Positions 13,243 through 26,342 of a stretch of DNA of 64,000 bases are shown here, piece after piece. Position numbers and translations under genes: made by a program. The stretch covers positions 5,580,001-5,644,000 of the forward strand of contig CP075495.1 in NCBI GenBank assembly GCA_021613535.1, read 5' to 3'. The notes beneath the pieces are model-generated. The model worked only from the letters and a program-made list of their open reading frames with translations. It was not told the origin of the DNA and searched no databases. Within the stretch, counting starts at the first letter, position 1; each line of letters opens with the position of its first letter. Source of the stretch: Adineta vaga. Lineage: Eukaryota; Animalia; Rotifera.

Positions 13243-13914
13243 TCAAAAGATATACTACACAAATTCAAGACACAGGATCTGACTTTTCTTTATTCAATTT
13301 ATATGTATAGAAATATGTATACGTGATATTTACACAATAAAATAATACACAAAAACTCACAAGATATTTTTAAATGTATCACTCGATTTTGCTGCTAATT
13401 TCATCGTTGATGGATTATTATCATTCATACTACTTGTTAGTTTTGATTTAGCAATGATAAGATCATCAATTTGTCCTAATAATCGAAGACGTTCTTCTTT
13501 ACTTGATGGATTCTACAGAAAAAAAAACGAATGTGTATTACATAGAAAAAAATGATGAAATATAAAGGTTATCTATTCGTTTACCATTGTTGTTAATTCA
13601 TTTAAGATTTGTTCAAATACTTCATTTTGTTTGAATTCATATTCATGAATTGTTTTTAAACGTTCAAGAAATGTATCAATTGTTAGTTCACATGTTTTCA
13701 ATCCATCTAATGCTGCTTGTTGTTCAGAAATATAATTAACAAAATTCATTTGTTCATTCATACATCGTTGATATTCACCAAAATAATATTCCGATGCTGT
13801 AGATTTATCTATCGATGATGATGATGATGACAATGATTGTAAACGTGTATTTAATTCTGATTTTAAATAGTCAGTACATTCAGTATTGAATTTATCGAGA
13901 AATGTATTTGACAT
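13243..13914 (-). CDS. Uncharacterised helical/coiled-coil protein (~165 aa)
   Basis: Exon 13914-~13585, exon 13512-13361 (NPSSKEERLRLLGQIDDL...), and a probable terminal exon 13254-13243 (YIF*). Alternative endings stop between 13243 and ~13270. Confidence 0.65.
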
Positions 13915-14153
13915 TTTTCAATATTTGATGAATTTAGAATATCTTGTCACTCACAATGAGAAATTAGATTTCAATGAATTGAACGAAACGAATCGTTGAT
14001 TCACTCACTGTCTATCATTAAACAAAAGGCTCTCTTTTCCGCCTATCAATAGTCACATATATATATATATATATTGACTATCGACATCTATATGTATTTT
14101 TCAACAGAATTGCTATAAATTTTCATCAAATATGAACAATAAAACATCTATAC

Positions 14154-14750
14154 TTAAGTTTTTTTTCGTTTAAGTTCATTTAAAATAGTATAGGAAAGCA
14201 TATGAAAAGTTTCATTCAATGTATATGCATTTTGTTCTTGACTGAAATCAATTTGATTCAATGCACCAAGCACAAGTACATATGAACAAGCAATACGTAA
14301 TATTGATAGACGACTCAATTTTTCTTGATCACCATACATGGGTAAAACTTTTCGTAATGCTTCGAATGCTGCTGTTAAATTATGAACACGTTCACGTTCA
14401 CGTGCATTCGCAACTAAACGTTTGTTATGAGTCAATCGTGGTCGTTTTGAAGATGATTCCTGAGATATATTTTGTTTCTGTCCATTTCGATGATGAAATT
14501 GAGATAAATTAGATAATTCATCGTCGGTTAAAGTCGAAAGTTCTTCCATTGAAGAATGTGTAATTTCATGTAATTGATTTGGAAGTACAATTGGCGTTGG
14601 TGCTTTTATTGTTGTTTTAATAGTCTTTGATGAATAAAAGGCTTTACGCAACCTTTTACTTGAATGAGAAGGCGATATAGATGTTGAAATGATTGCTGTG
14701 TTAGCAATAATGCAATTGTTATCCTGTTCGGTTGGTTCTAACTTGATCAT
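14154..14750 (-). CDS. ATOH8: Atonal-family bHLH transcription factor, ATOH8/Net-like
   Basis: KRLVANARERERVHNLTAAFEALRKVLPMYGDQEKLSRLSILRIACSYVLVL resembles the ATOH8/Net bHLH (ANARERTRVH..SAAFEALR...KLSKLAILRIAC.YI). First ATG at 14750, after an acceptor. Confidence 0.75.
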   Translation of the reverse strand: MIKLEPTEQDNNCIIANTAIISTSISPSHSSKRLRKAFYSSKTIKTTIKAPTPIVLPNQLHEITHSSMEELSTLTDDELSNLSQFHHRNGQKQNISQESSSKRPRLTHNKRLVANARERERVHNLTAAFEALRKVLPMYGDQEKLSRLSILRIACSYVLVLGALNQIDFSQEQNAYTLNETFHMLSYTILNELKRKKT

Positions 14751-14934
14751 TGATATACTATAAGAATGAAAATGAAACACAGAGTATTAAAAGATTTCTT
14801 TTGTTTCCTTTTTTTCAATTTAACATAGCTTATGTGACTTACTCTATCATTATTTTTTATTAGATCAACTTACACTATCATGAAATATGCTTTGATACAT
14901 ATTAATATCGAACTTTTTTCTATGAGAAACGGAG

Positions 14935-14956
14935 CGAGAGAGAGAGAGAGAGAGAG
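14935..14956. repeat. (AG)n microsatellite
   Basis: Dinucleotide run seen directly, upstream of the bHLH gene. Confidence 0.9.
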
Positions 14957-15457
14957 ATGAATAAATGAGAGTATAAAAAATCAAGGCTCGATTGGTGGTA
15001 ATGTGTATTGACAATTTGTGTTTGCACAGATCACATTTCATTTGTCGCTTCTGCTATATACATATGCAAACGCCTGTTTCTCTTTATTGCTTGTCTTTCC
15101 TTGATTCCTTACCAGGATCCACCAATATCTGCAAATAGATATCTAACAACTATCATCACTAACTAATTTTTATCATGCTGTTTGCTTGTAACAGATGTTC
15201 AGTAAAAAGAGAGAAAACAGTCACAAATTGTGAGCAAATGGTATCATTGAGAAGATCTCTGTGCTCATAGTCTAATATACAAGGTCATAGAAGTGATCGC
15301 TGATAGAAATATGATTTCTATCTGTAATAAATACTATTCTTTTTTGTGCCGAAGAAGACACTTTCATTGAACTAAAAAGTCAGTTGAAAGATATTTTTTT
15401 GTCCATTTTTTTCATTTGCTCATATTTATGAAAAAGAAAAACGAAACGTTATGTTTA

Positions 15458-16609
<1,152 letters not shown>

Positions 16610-17520
16610 TTAAATCTATATATATATATATATACACATGTACCCCGAACAAAATGTTACTAGTTATTGAAGTATAATTTCTTTTCAAAAGATACTTACA
16701 AATGATAAGAAATAACAAATCTTTTAATATATCAAACAATTGAGAATGAAGAAGACGTTTATCTAATAGTTAGTACAGCCATTTGAACGTCACACAATCA
16801 TCAACGAGAAAGAAAATTGTATAACAAGAACCACAAAAAGAAAGAAGGAATTGATTTGCTTCACTGATTTGTCATATATCGATACCAAAGAAAAAGGGAA
16901 GGGGTGAAGGCGAGACAATATACATTAGTTCAATGAAAATGATAAGTAGTCTTCGAGAAGAAGAAGAAGAAGAACTGTTCATATGCTATTTTATTTCATT
17001 ACTCTCGTATTAATGATGATCAACTAGATTTGAGCTTTTCATTCATTCATGGATGTCTCATTCGATTCATTGATCATGTTGACCAACATATTCAGCTGAT
17101 TTGATATGTATTGTCGTGGAAAAGTTATAAGGAAGACCTTGAGAAAAAGGTCATGATCAGTTACCACATACCATCGCAACTCATACCTGTTGATTGAAGG
17201 TTTTAATATTGCTTTTTCAAGTTCGTATTCACATTATCCTTGCTCGTCATCCGTAACGATAACGATAATCGAGAGAACAAGAAAAGACAATGAGAACTAC
17301 ACAAACATGTGAATTTCTTTTATTTATAATACTTAGCAATGAAAAAGAAAGGATATCAAGGTTGATATAAAGTAAGAATAATCCATTAAAGATAAGCATA
17401 CACCTGAGAAACGAATAAGAAAAAAAGAAGAAAGAAATAAAACTAAATTGTTAACACTGTTCTACTGCCGTGATCATCATCATCATCATCATCACCGGAC
17501 ATGACTGTTCATCAATGTCT

Positions 17521-19646
17521 TCAACACTTAAATGTTTTGTCACGTTGAACATTATAAACATAATAAAGTAAATGTTTATTATCCCATGCAAAGATTTTTC
17601 CTTCATATGGATTATAAGTTAATTGTACTAAAAATTGAAATGGAACGGCAAATTGAATTTTCATTGTTGTAAATGCTAAATTTGAATAGATATCATAAAC
17701 AGTATCGATATAAGATTGTTGTTTATTATAATGTTGAACACCATAGAAAACTCCATAGGCAATAAAACCTTGACTTAAACTTGATGGATTATAAGGTAAA
17801 ACCCACATTTTTTGTGTATCTAATGTATCAGGATTAATTTTAGCTGCAATAAAATTTCGTGTTTGTTGATCACGATATAATAGCCAAAGACCATTTTCGT
17901 CAATTGAAAAATCATACCAACTTGATTGTGGTGTATTATAAAGTGGTTCACGACTAGCTGGTATATCAACATGTTGGGCTTCAGTTTCTGATACGAGATC
18001 AATACGTACAATGGTACTTTTGTGTTGAATATTATAGATAAAACTGCCTTGATAAACAACATGATTAACACCTGAATAAGGATAGGGTAATGTTATTATA
18101 CGATTAGGTGTATCACTAATTAGATCAGCTTCACTATTGTATTCATATAGTTGTGTACCAGTAACATGTCGTGTGACATAGACTTTTTGAGCACCATTAG
18201 CAGTTTTTGGCATAGGATCTTTAAACCAAGCACCAAATGTAAAATTATCTTGTTTAAGAAGAACAGGTGTACCAATAAATGAAAATACACATCCTGATAA
18301 AGAAAAGTTTAGTCGATATTTTAGAAAAGGAAATTAATAATAGTATAACATACGTTGTGCGCGACTAAGAATGGCTAATTTAATTGAAAAAGAAACGTAA
18401 AATAAATATGAATTTGTTGTTCAAATTTAAGATAACTTACCATCACGTCGAGACGAATCTGAAATAATAAAACAAAAAGAAGGTTACAATGGCTTGAGTA
18501 AAAAAGCGGCTAGTAAATAGATCGATAAATACCTTGTTTTTGATCGATAATTGATGAACTACTTGATGGAAATGACATAGCTGGCGGTGCTTGTGGTTGA
18601 AACGGTAATGAAACACGAGGACATGTACAAACACCCTAGTCATATTAAAGTTTATATTAAATTAATTTATTTTATATACTATTAATTCGAACTTACAGGT
18701 GGACCTCGAGGCCCTATTTCACCCCGTGCACCTGGAAAACCTGGTGGTCCCATAGGACCGGTATGACCTTAAATCAGTTAATTTCTTAATTTCTTTGTTC
18801 AGATAATCCTTGAATGACATACCTTGTTCACCTCGAATCGATTCGCCACGATCACCTTTCGGTCCTTGAGGGCCTGTTGCTCCTGTATAACCAACGGGAC
18901 CAGGCGGTCCTTCAATATAAATACGTAATTGAATATATTTTCATTGTTATAATCAATATACCCTGTGGTCCTGCTGGTCCCATAAGACCAGGTAAACCTG
19001 TTAAACCTGGATAGCCACGTTCTCCACGATCACCTTTCGGACCACGTAATTCTTAAAAAATCAAGACGGAAAAATAAGTAGATTGAATTTTTTGACAAAA
19101 CAATAGTTTCTCTAGCTTACCTTCATTTTCAGTCACTAATTTTTTACAATGATCCACTGATTTAACACAAAACGTTGTCATTGCCAATGGCTACAATTTT
19201 ATATGAAAGAAAGTCATTCATTCTTCAAGACGTTAATATCATCTTACCGGTACTTTAAAATGAATTGAACCAAAAAGTAGATCAGGATTGGGTTGTGATT
19301 CTTGATTCGATTTATCTTGCTTTTGTTTCTGTTGTTGTTGTTGCTTATTATTAATAGCTTTTGTTTTGACGCGTGCATGTCTTGATTGACGACGTAATGT
19401 TTCATATCCATTAGCATTGGTTGAAATTGTTATTTGAGTTGATTCAAGTAGTTCTAATCGTTCTTTAATTAAATTTAATTCTGTAAATGTTGTTTCCATA
19501 TGTGTTTGTATGTTTCGAGAAAAATGAACAAAATATATTCCCCATGCTATTGTAAGACTAGCAAGAAGAAGGTATAAAACAATAATATGAAGACGTGATG
19601 ATGTATCATAACGTGTCATTTGCATGGACTTTTCTATTCCTAACAT
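17521..19646 (-). CDS. Colmedin / gliomedin-like type II membrane collagen with C-terminal olfactomedin domain
   Basis: N-terminal TM (IIVLYLLLASLTIAWGIYFV), coiled coil and furin-like RRQSRHAR. Gly-X-Y exons at ~19053-18698. OLF domain motifs GAWFKDP, YSGVNHVVYQGSF, DFSIDENGLWLLY, LTYNPYEGKIFAWDN. Confidence 0.9.
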
Positions 19647-22125
19647 TATATATGTTTAATCTTCGACGACAAATCTAAAATAATAAGTTTATCTATGATT
19701 ACTTGTAACCATTTTGAATGATCTTGACAATAGATTTCAAAAACTTTCGATATTGTAATATTCACAAAAATCCTTTGATAGATTGATCGATAGTTACAGA
19801 CGGTTCTCTCTTGACTCCTTTTTTTTCTCTCTCTCTCTTTCTCTAATGAAAATACTTACTTTTGACACATCAGATAAATCAATTTAATTAACAAATCAAG
19901 ACTATGTCTCTTGACTTGATTTGTTAACTGGCTGTCGATTTTTTTTTGCAATTAGACCGTAAAATGAAAAAAAAAACCAAACACAAATATAGACTCATCT
20001 ATGTATGAAAACGATAGATATACTCTCTCATTCCTCGCTATGTGCATCAATATCGTACATAACTGATTTGTATACATATATATATATATGTATATAGTGT
20101 GTATCATGCAACACTATCGAAAAGAAGTCAAGAGCAAAATACGCAGATATTTTCCTTTCTTACATACATACTTCTTCTGCTTCATCTTCTCCTCTTAAAC
20201 CACCAGCAAACATCTCTAATAAGTGCCTCTTCATCAGTCTATTTATATACGTGTACGATTTTGTTTGACTACAAAGAAGAAAAACGAAAGAAAATCGAGA
20301 AAAATGCAAGCCAAACTCAATCAACTATACACCACGAAAAACAAAGAAAGAAAGAAAAAACCAATATGATAATGAACGAAGGAAATAAATAGTCCCTGTA
20401 GTGAATGATGCAAAAGAAAATAATTATCATCTATAAACATAACATTAACAAAAAAAAAAGATAAACAATAAGTAGAGAAGCAAAACGCCATGATTAAAAC
20501 AGATGTAATGAAATGATTTAATATCATTCGTGGTGTTTTTTACATGTAAAACTACGAAACAAATTATATTTATTTGCTTTTGAAGACCGTACACGTACGA
20601 TAAATTAATTCACTAATCAAACCACGATCAGTATTATTTCACGGTAATTTTCAAGGTGTGATTCTTTTTTTCTCTCTCTTCACGGCTCGAAGGATGATAA
20701 ATAAGCAAGATCTCTCATTACAATGTTGATTTTTTGCCATCTCAATCCTATTTTGTTACCGATGAGCACAAATCAATGTCGAAATTCGAGCCTCGTTTCT
20801 TTTCTTTTCTTTTTGTTGTCATAATACATATATACAATAAGTATGCACACGTCTAAATAAGCGCATGCCTACTTTCTTCTCGGTGACAATTAGCGTTTGT
20901 GTAACGTTAAGACAGATGACAACGAAGCGTGTCACATTATCACTATCGGTAGCAATAGTTAGTGAAAGTAAGAGAGAAAAAGACCCATCGAGATCTTAAT
21001 CTATCTCTCATTTATCAGTGTCATATAACAAAGTTTCGAAGAAGAAAATACTACCGAGCTAAAAAGGATATCTGACATATTAGAAGATATCGAAGTCCAT
21101 CAAATGTGGACAACAAATCTTGGTGTATATGTAAATTTATCATCAATATTTTTTCGATCGATATGTCGCCATTACAACACGTACATATAGAGACAAAATG
21201 ATAACAAAGCTAATCTATGTGTTTCTACGTGCTGTTTGTTATACTGGTATGGTAAGCAATCAGAATTTGTCAACGAATAGATTATAAATGTCACATTCTT
21301 CAGACAAAAACAGTAAGCAATAAGCAGTTGTGTTCGAAACCTACGATATCGAGAAGTTATTCTAGTTATTGGTAATGACTTCTCTTCCATTACAGAAAAT
21401 CAAATTCTAGAAAAAGAAGAAAATAAAAAGACTATTATAATTTTCTCTCTTAACGATAGCTTATCTTTTTGCAACATTTATTTAATCAACATTGAATAAG
21501 TGTGATTATCATTGAAATCAATCGAGCAGGTGTTTTCGAGGTTTTTCTCTTATGTTTTTTTTGCTCATTAGCTCACATAATCTTCAAGCATCTGTTATAA
21601 GTATGTAAGTGATTAGCAAGTATAGAAAGAAGAAATATCAAAATCGGTTGTCTGTCTATAAGTTTATATAAACGAATCGTATTAACATGCCTTCATTATA
21701 TCGTACAGGTAAATAGGAGAGAAGAGAGAGAGAGAGAAACAGAAACAGAAATTTATGATCGATGATGATGATTATTCTTGACTATTAAGAAAAGCATGTG
21801 TGCATATAAATGTATACATACAGTTATATCAAGAGCAAACAGATCAGATGTGTTTATGTATAAGAAAATTCGAAGGCAAAAAGAGAGTGATAATTTCTTG
21901 AAGAATGATATGACAAAAATGTACGAGGAAGGAACAACCATCGATCTACTCAAGAAAAGGAAATCTGGAAGATAAGATTAAACAAAAAATGTACCTGCTG
22001 GATTTACTAAACAATAGAACAACAAGAATACATTATCAAAATGAAAAATGAATGATATACATCATGTAAAAATATCTACTTCATGTATCTTACTATAGCA
22101 TGAAATCGATGTTTTTATCGGATTA

Positions 22126-22131
<6 letters not shown>

Positions 22132-22160
<29 letters not shown>
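22132..22160. repeat. (TA)n microsatellite
   Basis: Dinucleotide run seen directly. Confidence 0.9.
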
Positions 22161-22163
<3 letters not shown>

Positions 22164-22658
22164 GTATAATGTATAGATAGATTACCGAATAGAAAGAGAA
22201 GGATCTTGATTTATCCCTTGATAAACTTTTATATGCATTGTTTAAATCAATAAGATACTGTTATTCAATAGTTCTTAGCGAAGTATAAAATAATTCAATA
22301 TTTATTATTATTATTAATAGAAAAAAACTTCTGGAGAATACAAAAAATGGCTTAAGAAGACTTAGAAATGTCGTATCGGATACCAATCGAGAGGATTAGA
22401 AGAAGAAGGACAACTGTGTACTATTTGTTAAGTAACTCGTTTCATGATCAAACAAAATGTATAATTCTTGTGATGTTACATTATTTCAAAATCAAATTAT
22501 ATTATATTCATCGACTATCGATAAAACAAGAATCTCGATTAATAGAAATCTGTACATGATATTCTTTAGTTTATTCTGAGACACTTAAAATCACTTCTAG
22601 TTTTTACAATAACACATACTTCTCTTCTGATAATAACTTTGCAAACAAAGCATAAATT

Positions 22659-23543
22659 TCATCCTATCGTTTCCACATCAAGTCGATTGATTGACGAATG
22701 TTCTTTAGTAATAACTGCTGCCTGTGGTCCTTGTTTCGAAATCGTTTTTTTCATTTCAAACTGTGCCGTTGTAGTGATTACTTTTGATAATTGCTTTGCA
22801 GTTGTCAAATTTGATTTTGGTTTATCGGTAATTTTGTTAATCGTTGCATGACCACGTTCGATCCATGCTATGCCAACTTTTCTCAGTTGCTCATTTGCTT
22901 TAAGCCAAACGATCATATAAAGTATTGCATCAATTACATATATAATATCTCCACCAATTTGTATTGGACGAATAATAATAAAAATAGTATCAGTAATTTT
23001 ATTTAAATATTGTGTAGTAAAACTGGCAAGAACAGAAATTACAGGTTGAATAATATGTGCACATAAGTAAGTGATATTACCAAGTAAATTGAGTAGATGA
23101 GCAAAAAATTCTATTGAACATTTCGATGATTTCTTTGTTACACGTGGCGTAAAAAATGAAAGAATGGATTCACCAAGAAACGCTAACATACCAACAATAT
23201 TAAGTACAAATGCTGGTACATCAGTTAAATTTGTAAAATCATTCGAAGATATTTTCTTATTTTTAAAAACAGTTGCTCCAATAAAATACAAAACACTTCC
23301 AATGATATTGAGTAGACAACCGACTAATTCTCGTCGTTTTTTTGTTGCACGTTGTTCAATCCAATCTGCTGTATATAGTAAAGCATCAATAACAAATAGA
23401 ATGGCAAGAAGAATTAAAATTATATAAGTCGCAGATGATTCAACAGTTGTTCGATCGATAAGATTAACAATATTAACAATAAGATAACCTAAGGAACCGA
23501 TTGCATAAAGAATATTAGCTGCTGAATACCACCATAATTTCAT
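22659..23543 (-). CDS. Intronless six-TM membrane protein built of three helical-hairpin repeats (YrhK-like)
   Basis: 294-aa single ORF. Repeated helices NILYAIGSLGYL / NIIGSVLYFIGA / NLLGNITYLCAH alternate with FVIDALLY..W / FLGESIL / YVIDAILY..W. Soluble basic tail. Confidence 0.75.
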   Translation of the reverse strand: MKLWWYSAANILYAIGSLGYLIVNIVNLIDRTTVESSATYIILILLAILFVIDALLYTADWIEQRATKKRRELVGCLLNIIGSVLYFIGATVFKNKKISSNDFTNLTDVPAFVLNIVGMLAFLGESILSFFTPRVTKKSSKCSIEFFAHLLNLLGNITYLCAHIIQPVISVLASFTTQYLNKITDTIFIIIRPIQIGGDIIYVIDAILYMIVWLKANEQLRKVGIAWIERGHATINKITDKPKSNLTTAKQLSKVITTTAQFEMKKTISKQGPQAAVITKEHSSINRLDVETIG

Positions 23544-24043
23544 AGAAATTATGTTTAATGCCGAGCAAAAATGAACGGAACTATAAGTGTGAAGAAAAAA
23601 AAGGTTTTCTTCTTTTTCCTCAACAAAAATAAAGCGACAACTAAAAGAATGAGCAAGTAAGTTCAGAGAAAAAAAAACAAAATAAGACGTCAGATATGAC
23701 GAGAAAAAAAGAAGAAATATCTCAACTCAAAGGTCAATTTTTATACTTCTCTCATGTGGCACTTAACGAAGAGAAATTTGAATTGCTTTCAAAACATACC
23801 TACACCATATATGTTAATTTATTTTGAAAAAAAAACAACATAGATCAAAATTTTTTATTAAAATATCGAAAATTTAAAAAGAAATCTATTTACAGAAGTC
23901 ATCGGGTTGAAAATACTAGTGATGAGAAAATCGATATCTTCATTTGTAGAAGAAAAAATATGAACAAAGAATATACTGTTACTTATTTACTAGAAACAAG
24001 AAACTTTTCCAAGATTATCATTGTTGTTGGTATTTATTGTCGA

Positions 24044-25670
24044 TTAAGATTGTCCGTCAGTAGATTTCGGTGCTGTTGGAAGTTTATCTGCTAATCCAAC
24101 GACTCGTTTAACCATAGCTTGTAAAGACCATCTTTGTTCATCGAACATAAAAAGTGTTTTCGATTTCATGGCTGAATGTGACACCGTCGAAGTTGTTTTA
24201 GGTCGAACTATTGGTTGTGGAATTGATGGTCGATGAAAATCTTTTATATCATCATTTGTTGATATCGATAAATATCGATTTCTAGTCGGTAATGGTGTTT
24301 GATTATCATCTGTTGCACTTGATATTGGAAGAGTAAATGAATTATTTGATAGAAACGATGCTTCATCAATAGGATTGTTACTATAAGGTGTATTCAAACG
24401 ACTAAAACTTTGCTCAATATTTTGTTCAGTTTTCGTTTCTTTAGATTCATTTGATGGAATTTGTGTCGAAGTTGGACGATCAACATTAGGAACAACTTCA
24501 GTTTCACATCGTTCTTGATGTTCTCGCTTAACAGCTTGGATGTATAGAGTTTTAAGTAAATGTAATTGATAATTTTGTTGTGCCCATTCAGCATGTGTTA
24601 AATTTCCTTGTTTGTAGGATTGTAATAATTCACTTAATCGATTACTATAATATTCAGATGAATAGATATTACGTGATAATCGTTCCTGAAGACGTTTTTT
24701 TTCGAGCATATTTCGAAAAGTTTGTTCATGTTCTGGTAAAGTTTCTTTCGTGTATACATCAGTTGATAACCAATTTCGTGAAGAATAATAGTGAACTTCA
24801 AAACCATGACGAGTATTTAGATAACGAATCGTACGATCAGGAATTGGCTTAGGAACATTAGCAGTATCTGCAATTAATTCAGCTTGAATAGATTCTAGAG
24901 GTAAATCAGCAGGACTTGGACGCGTACGTGCTCGTGCACGAAATTCGGAAGCACGAGAACGAGCAGTAGATGCACGAGAACGGGCAGTAGGAGCTCGTGA
25001 ATGAGATGCGGGTGTTGTACTTCGTGGTGGTTTTTGAGTAGATATTAGTGATGTTCGAAGATGTAATGGAAGTAAAGCTTCGATTTTAGGTGTTGATTTT
25101 GATCGTATTCGGTTGACATTAGCATCCGATGGATTTGGTAGAGGCTAAGAGAAAAAATGTAACAAAATGTTTTTAGGTTTTTCTGTTTATTCTTTATTAA
25201 TAAATGTCATAATGCAAGTGACGCTTTTATATTTCTACTTCTAATCATTTCTTAGTACTTTTAATCAAAATAATGATCGAACTTATGATTTACGTTTCTT
25301 CGGAAAAAAGAACTTTGGTTTCATAGATATTTCTCCGCGAGAATTATGTTTTCGTTAGGTCTCTACCGTTGTTATTATTTCTTCAGCATTAGTATGTTGA
25401 AAAGAGGGAAATTCAGATGTTTCCTTTTCTCTTTGTAATTGTGTTCCTTGTTGATTAGCATTCATTTGATTATATTTGCGTACATTTCCAGCGCGTGCTA
25501 GTGTTAATTTATCGTACACCGGATTAGCTGGAGAAGAAAAAGAAAGAAAAACGAAATTCTATTTTTAAATATTCAATGTCAATAGATTTACAAATAAGTC
25601 GCATCATCTTTGATGAATTATCCAAAATTGGATGCGGTTTAACTTCATCAAAACGACTAAATGAAATCAT
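24044..25670 (-). CDS. Uncharacterised, largely low-complexity protein
   Basis: Three exons (25670-~25592, ~25528-25367, 25144-24044) join in frame. The last exon is ~1.1 kb of open frame and includes ORF 24044..24709 and ARSRAST-like heptad repeats. Confidence 0.7.
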
Positions 25671-26342
25671 GTATAATAGATAAATAAATAGGAAAAAATG
25701 AAAATATATGAAACCTGTTTGTTAACACGACGCTCATGATATTAATTGTTCGTATGGACGTATGTAAATATGTACGTGTAATGTTTCAGTCGTTGAATGT
25801 GATGAGAAAAAGAGAAGAAAAAAACTATTGTTTTAGATGTTGACAATGTCTCATACAACACTTACAAGTAGTATTATAGACATTTATGCATGCATGGGTG
25901 TGTGTGTGTGTTTGTGTGCATTTTCACGTAGTTAAGAGAAACAAATTGTAAACTTTGTTTGCTGATCATTTTGTGATTTTTCTTTCTTTCTATCTCATCA
26001 AAAATAAAAGAATGCCAACAGAAAAGTACATATTTTGATAGAATCTCATTCAATTTGTTGAGTTTGTTAATAACATACAAATCAGATAAAATAGAATCTA
26101 TCTGTTCAAGAAATCGATTATCATCAGAACATATTTTTCTTCGTTAAACAAAGAGAAATCGGCAAGAAGATTCGATATTTTGTTTTTATTTTATATGAAA
26201 ACAAAAACGAAAGAAACTCGATAGGTCAGTTTTCGCGGAGAGAGAGAGAGAGCAGCACACAGACACACAAACAGTTGAAGGTATATGTATATATGAGATA
26301 CAGTATGTATAAATATATAAAAACAAAAACAAAACAAACAAT

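Noticed and set aside
19700-22600. Many 60-100 aa ORFs in long noncoding stretches (also 29.9-34.9 kb and 41.3-45.9 kb)
   Set aside because: F/L/I/K-rich translations of AT-rich and microsatellite DNA, with no motifs or coherent splice context.
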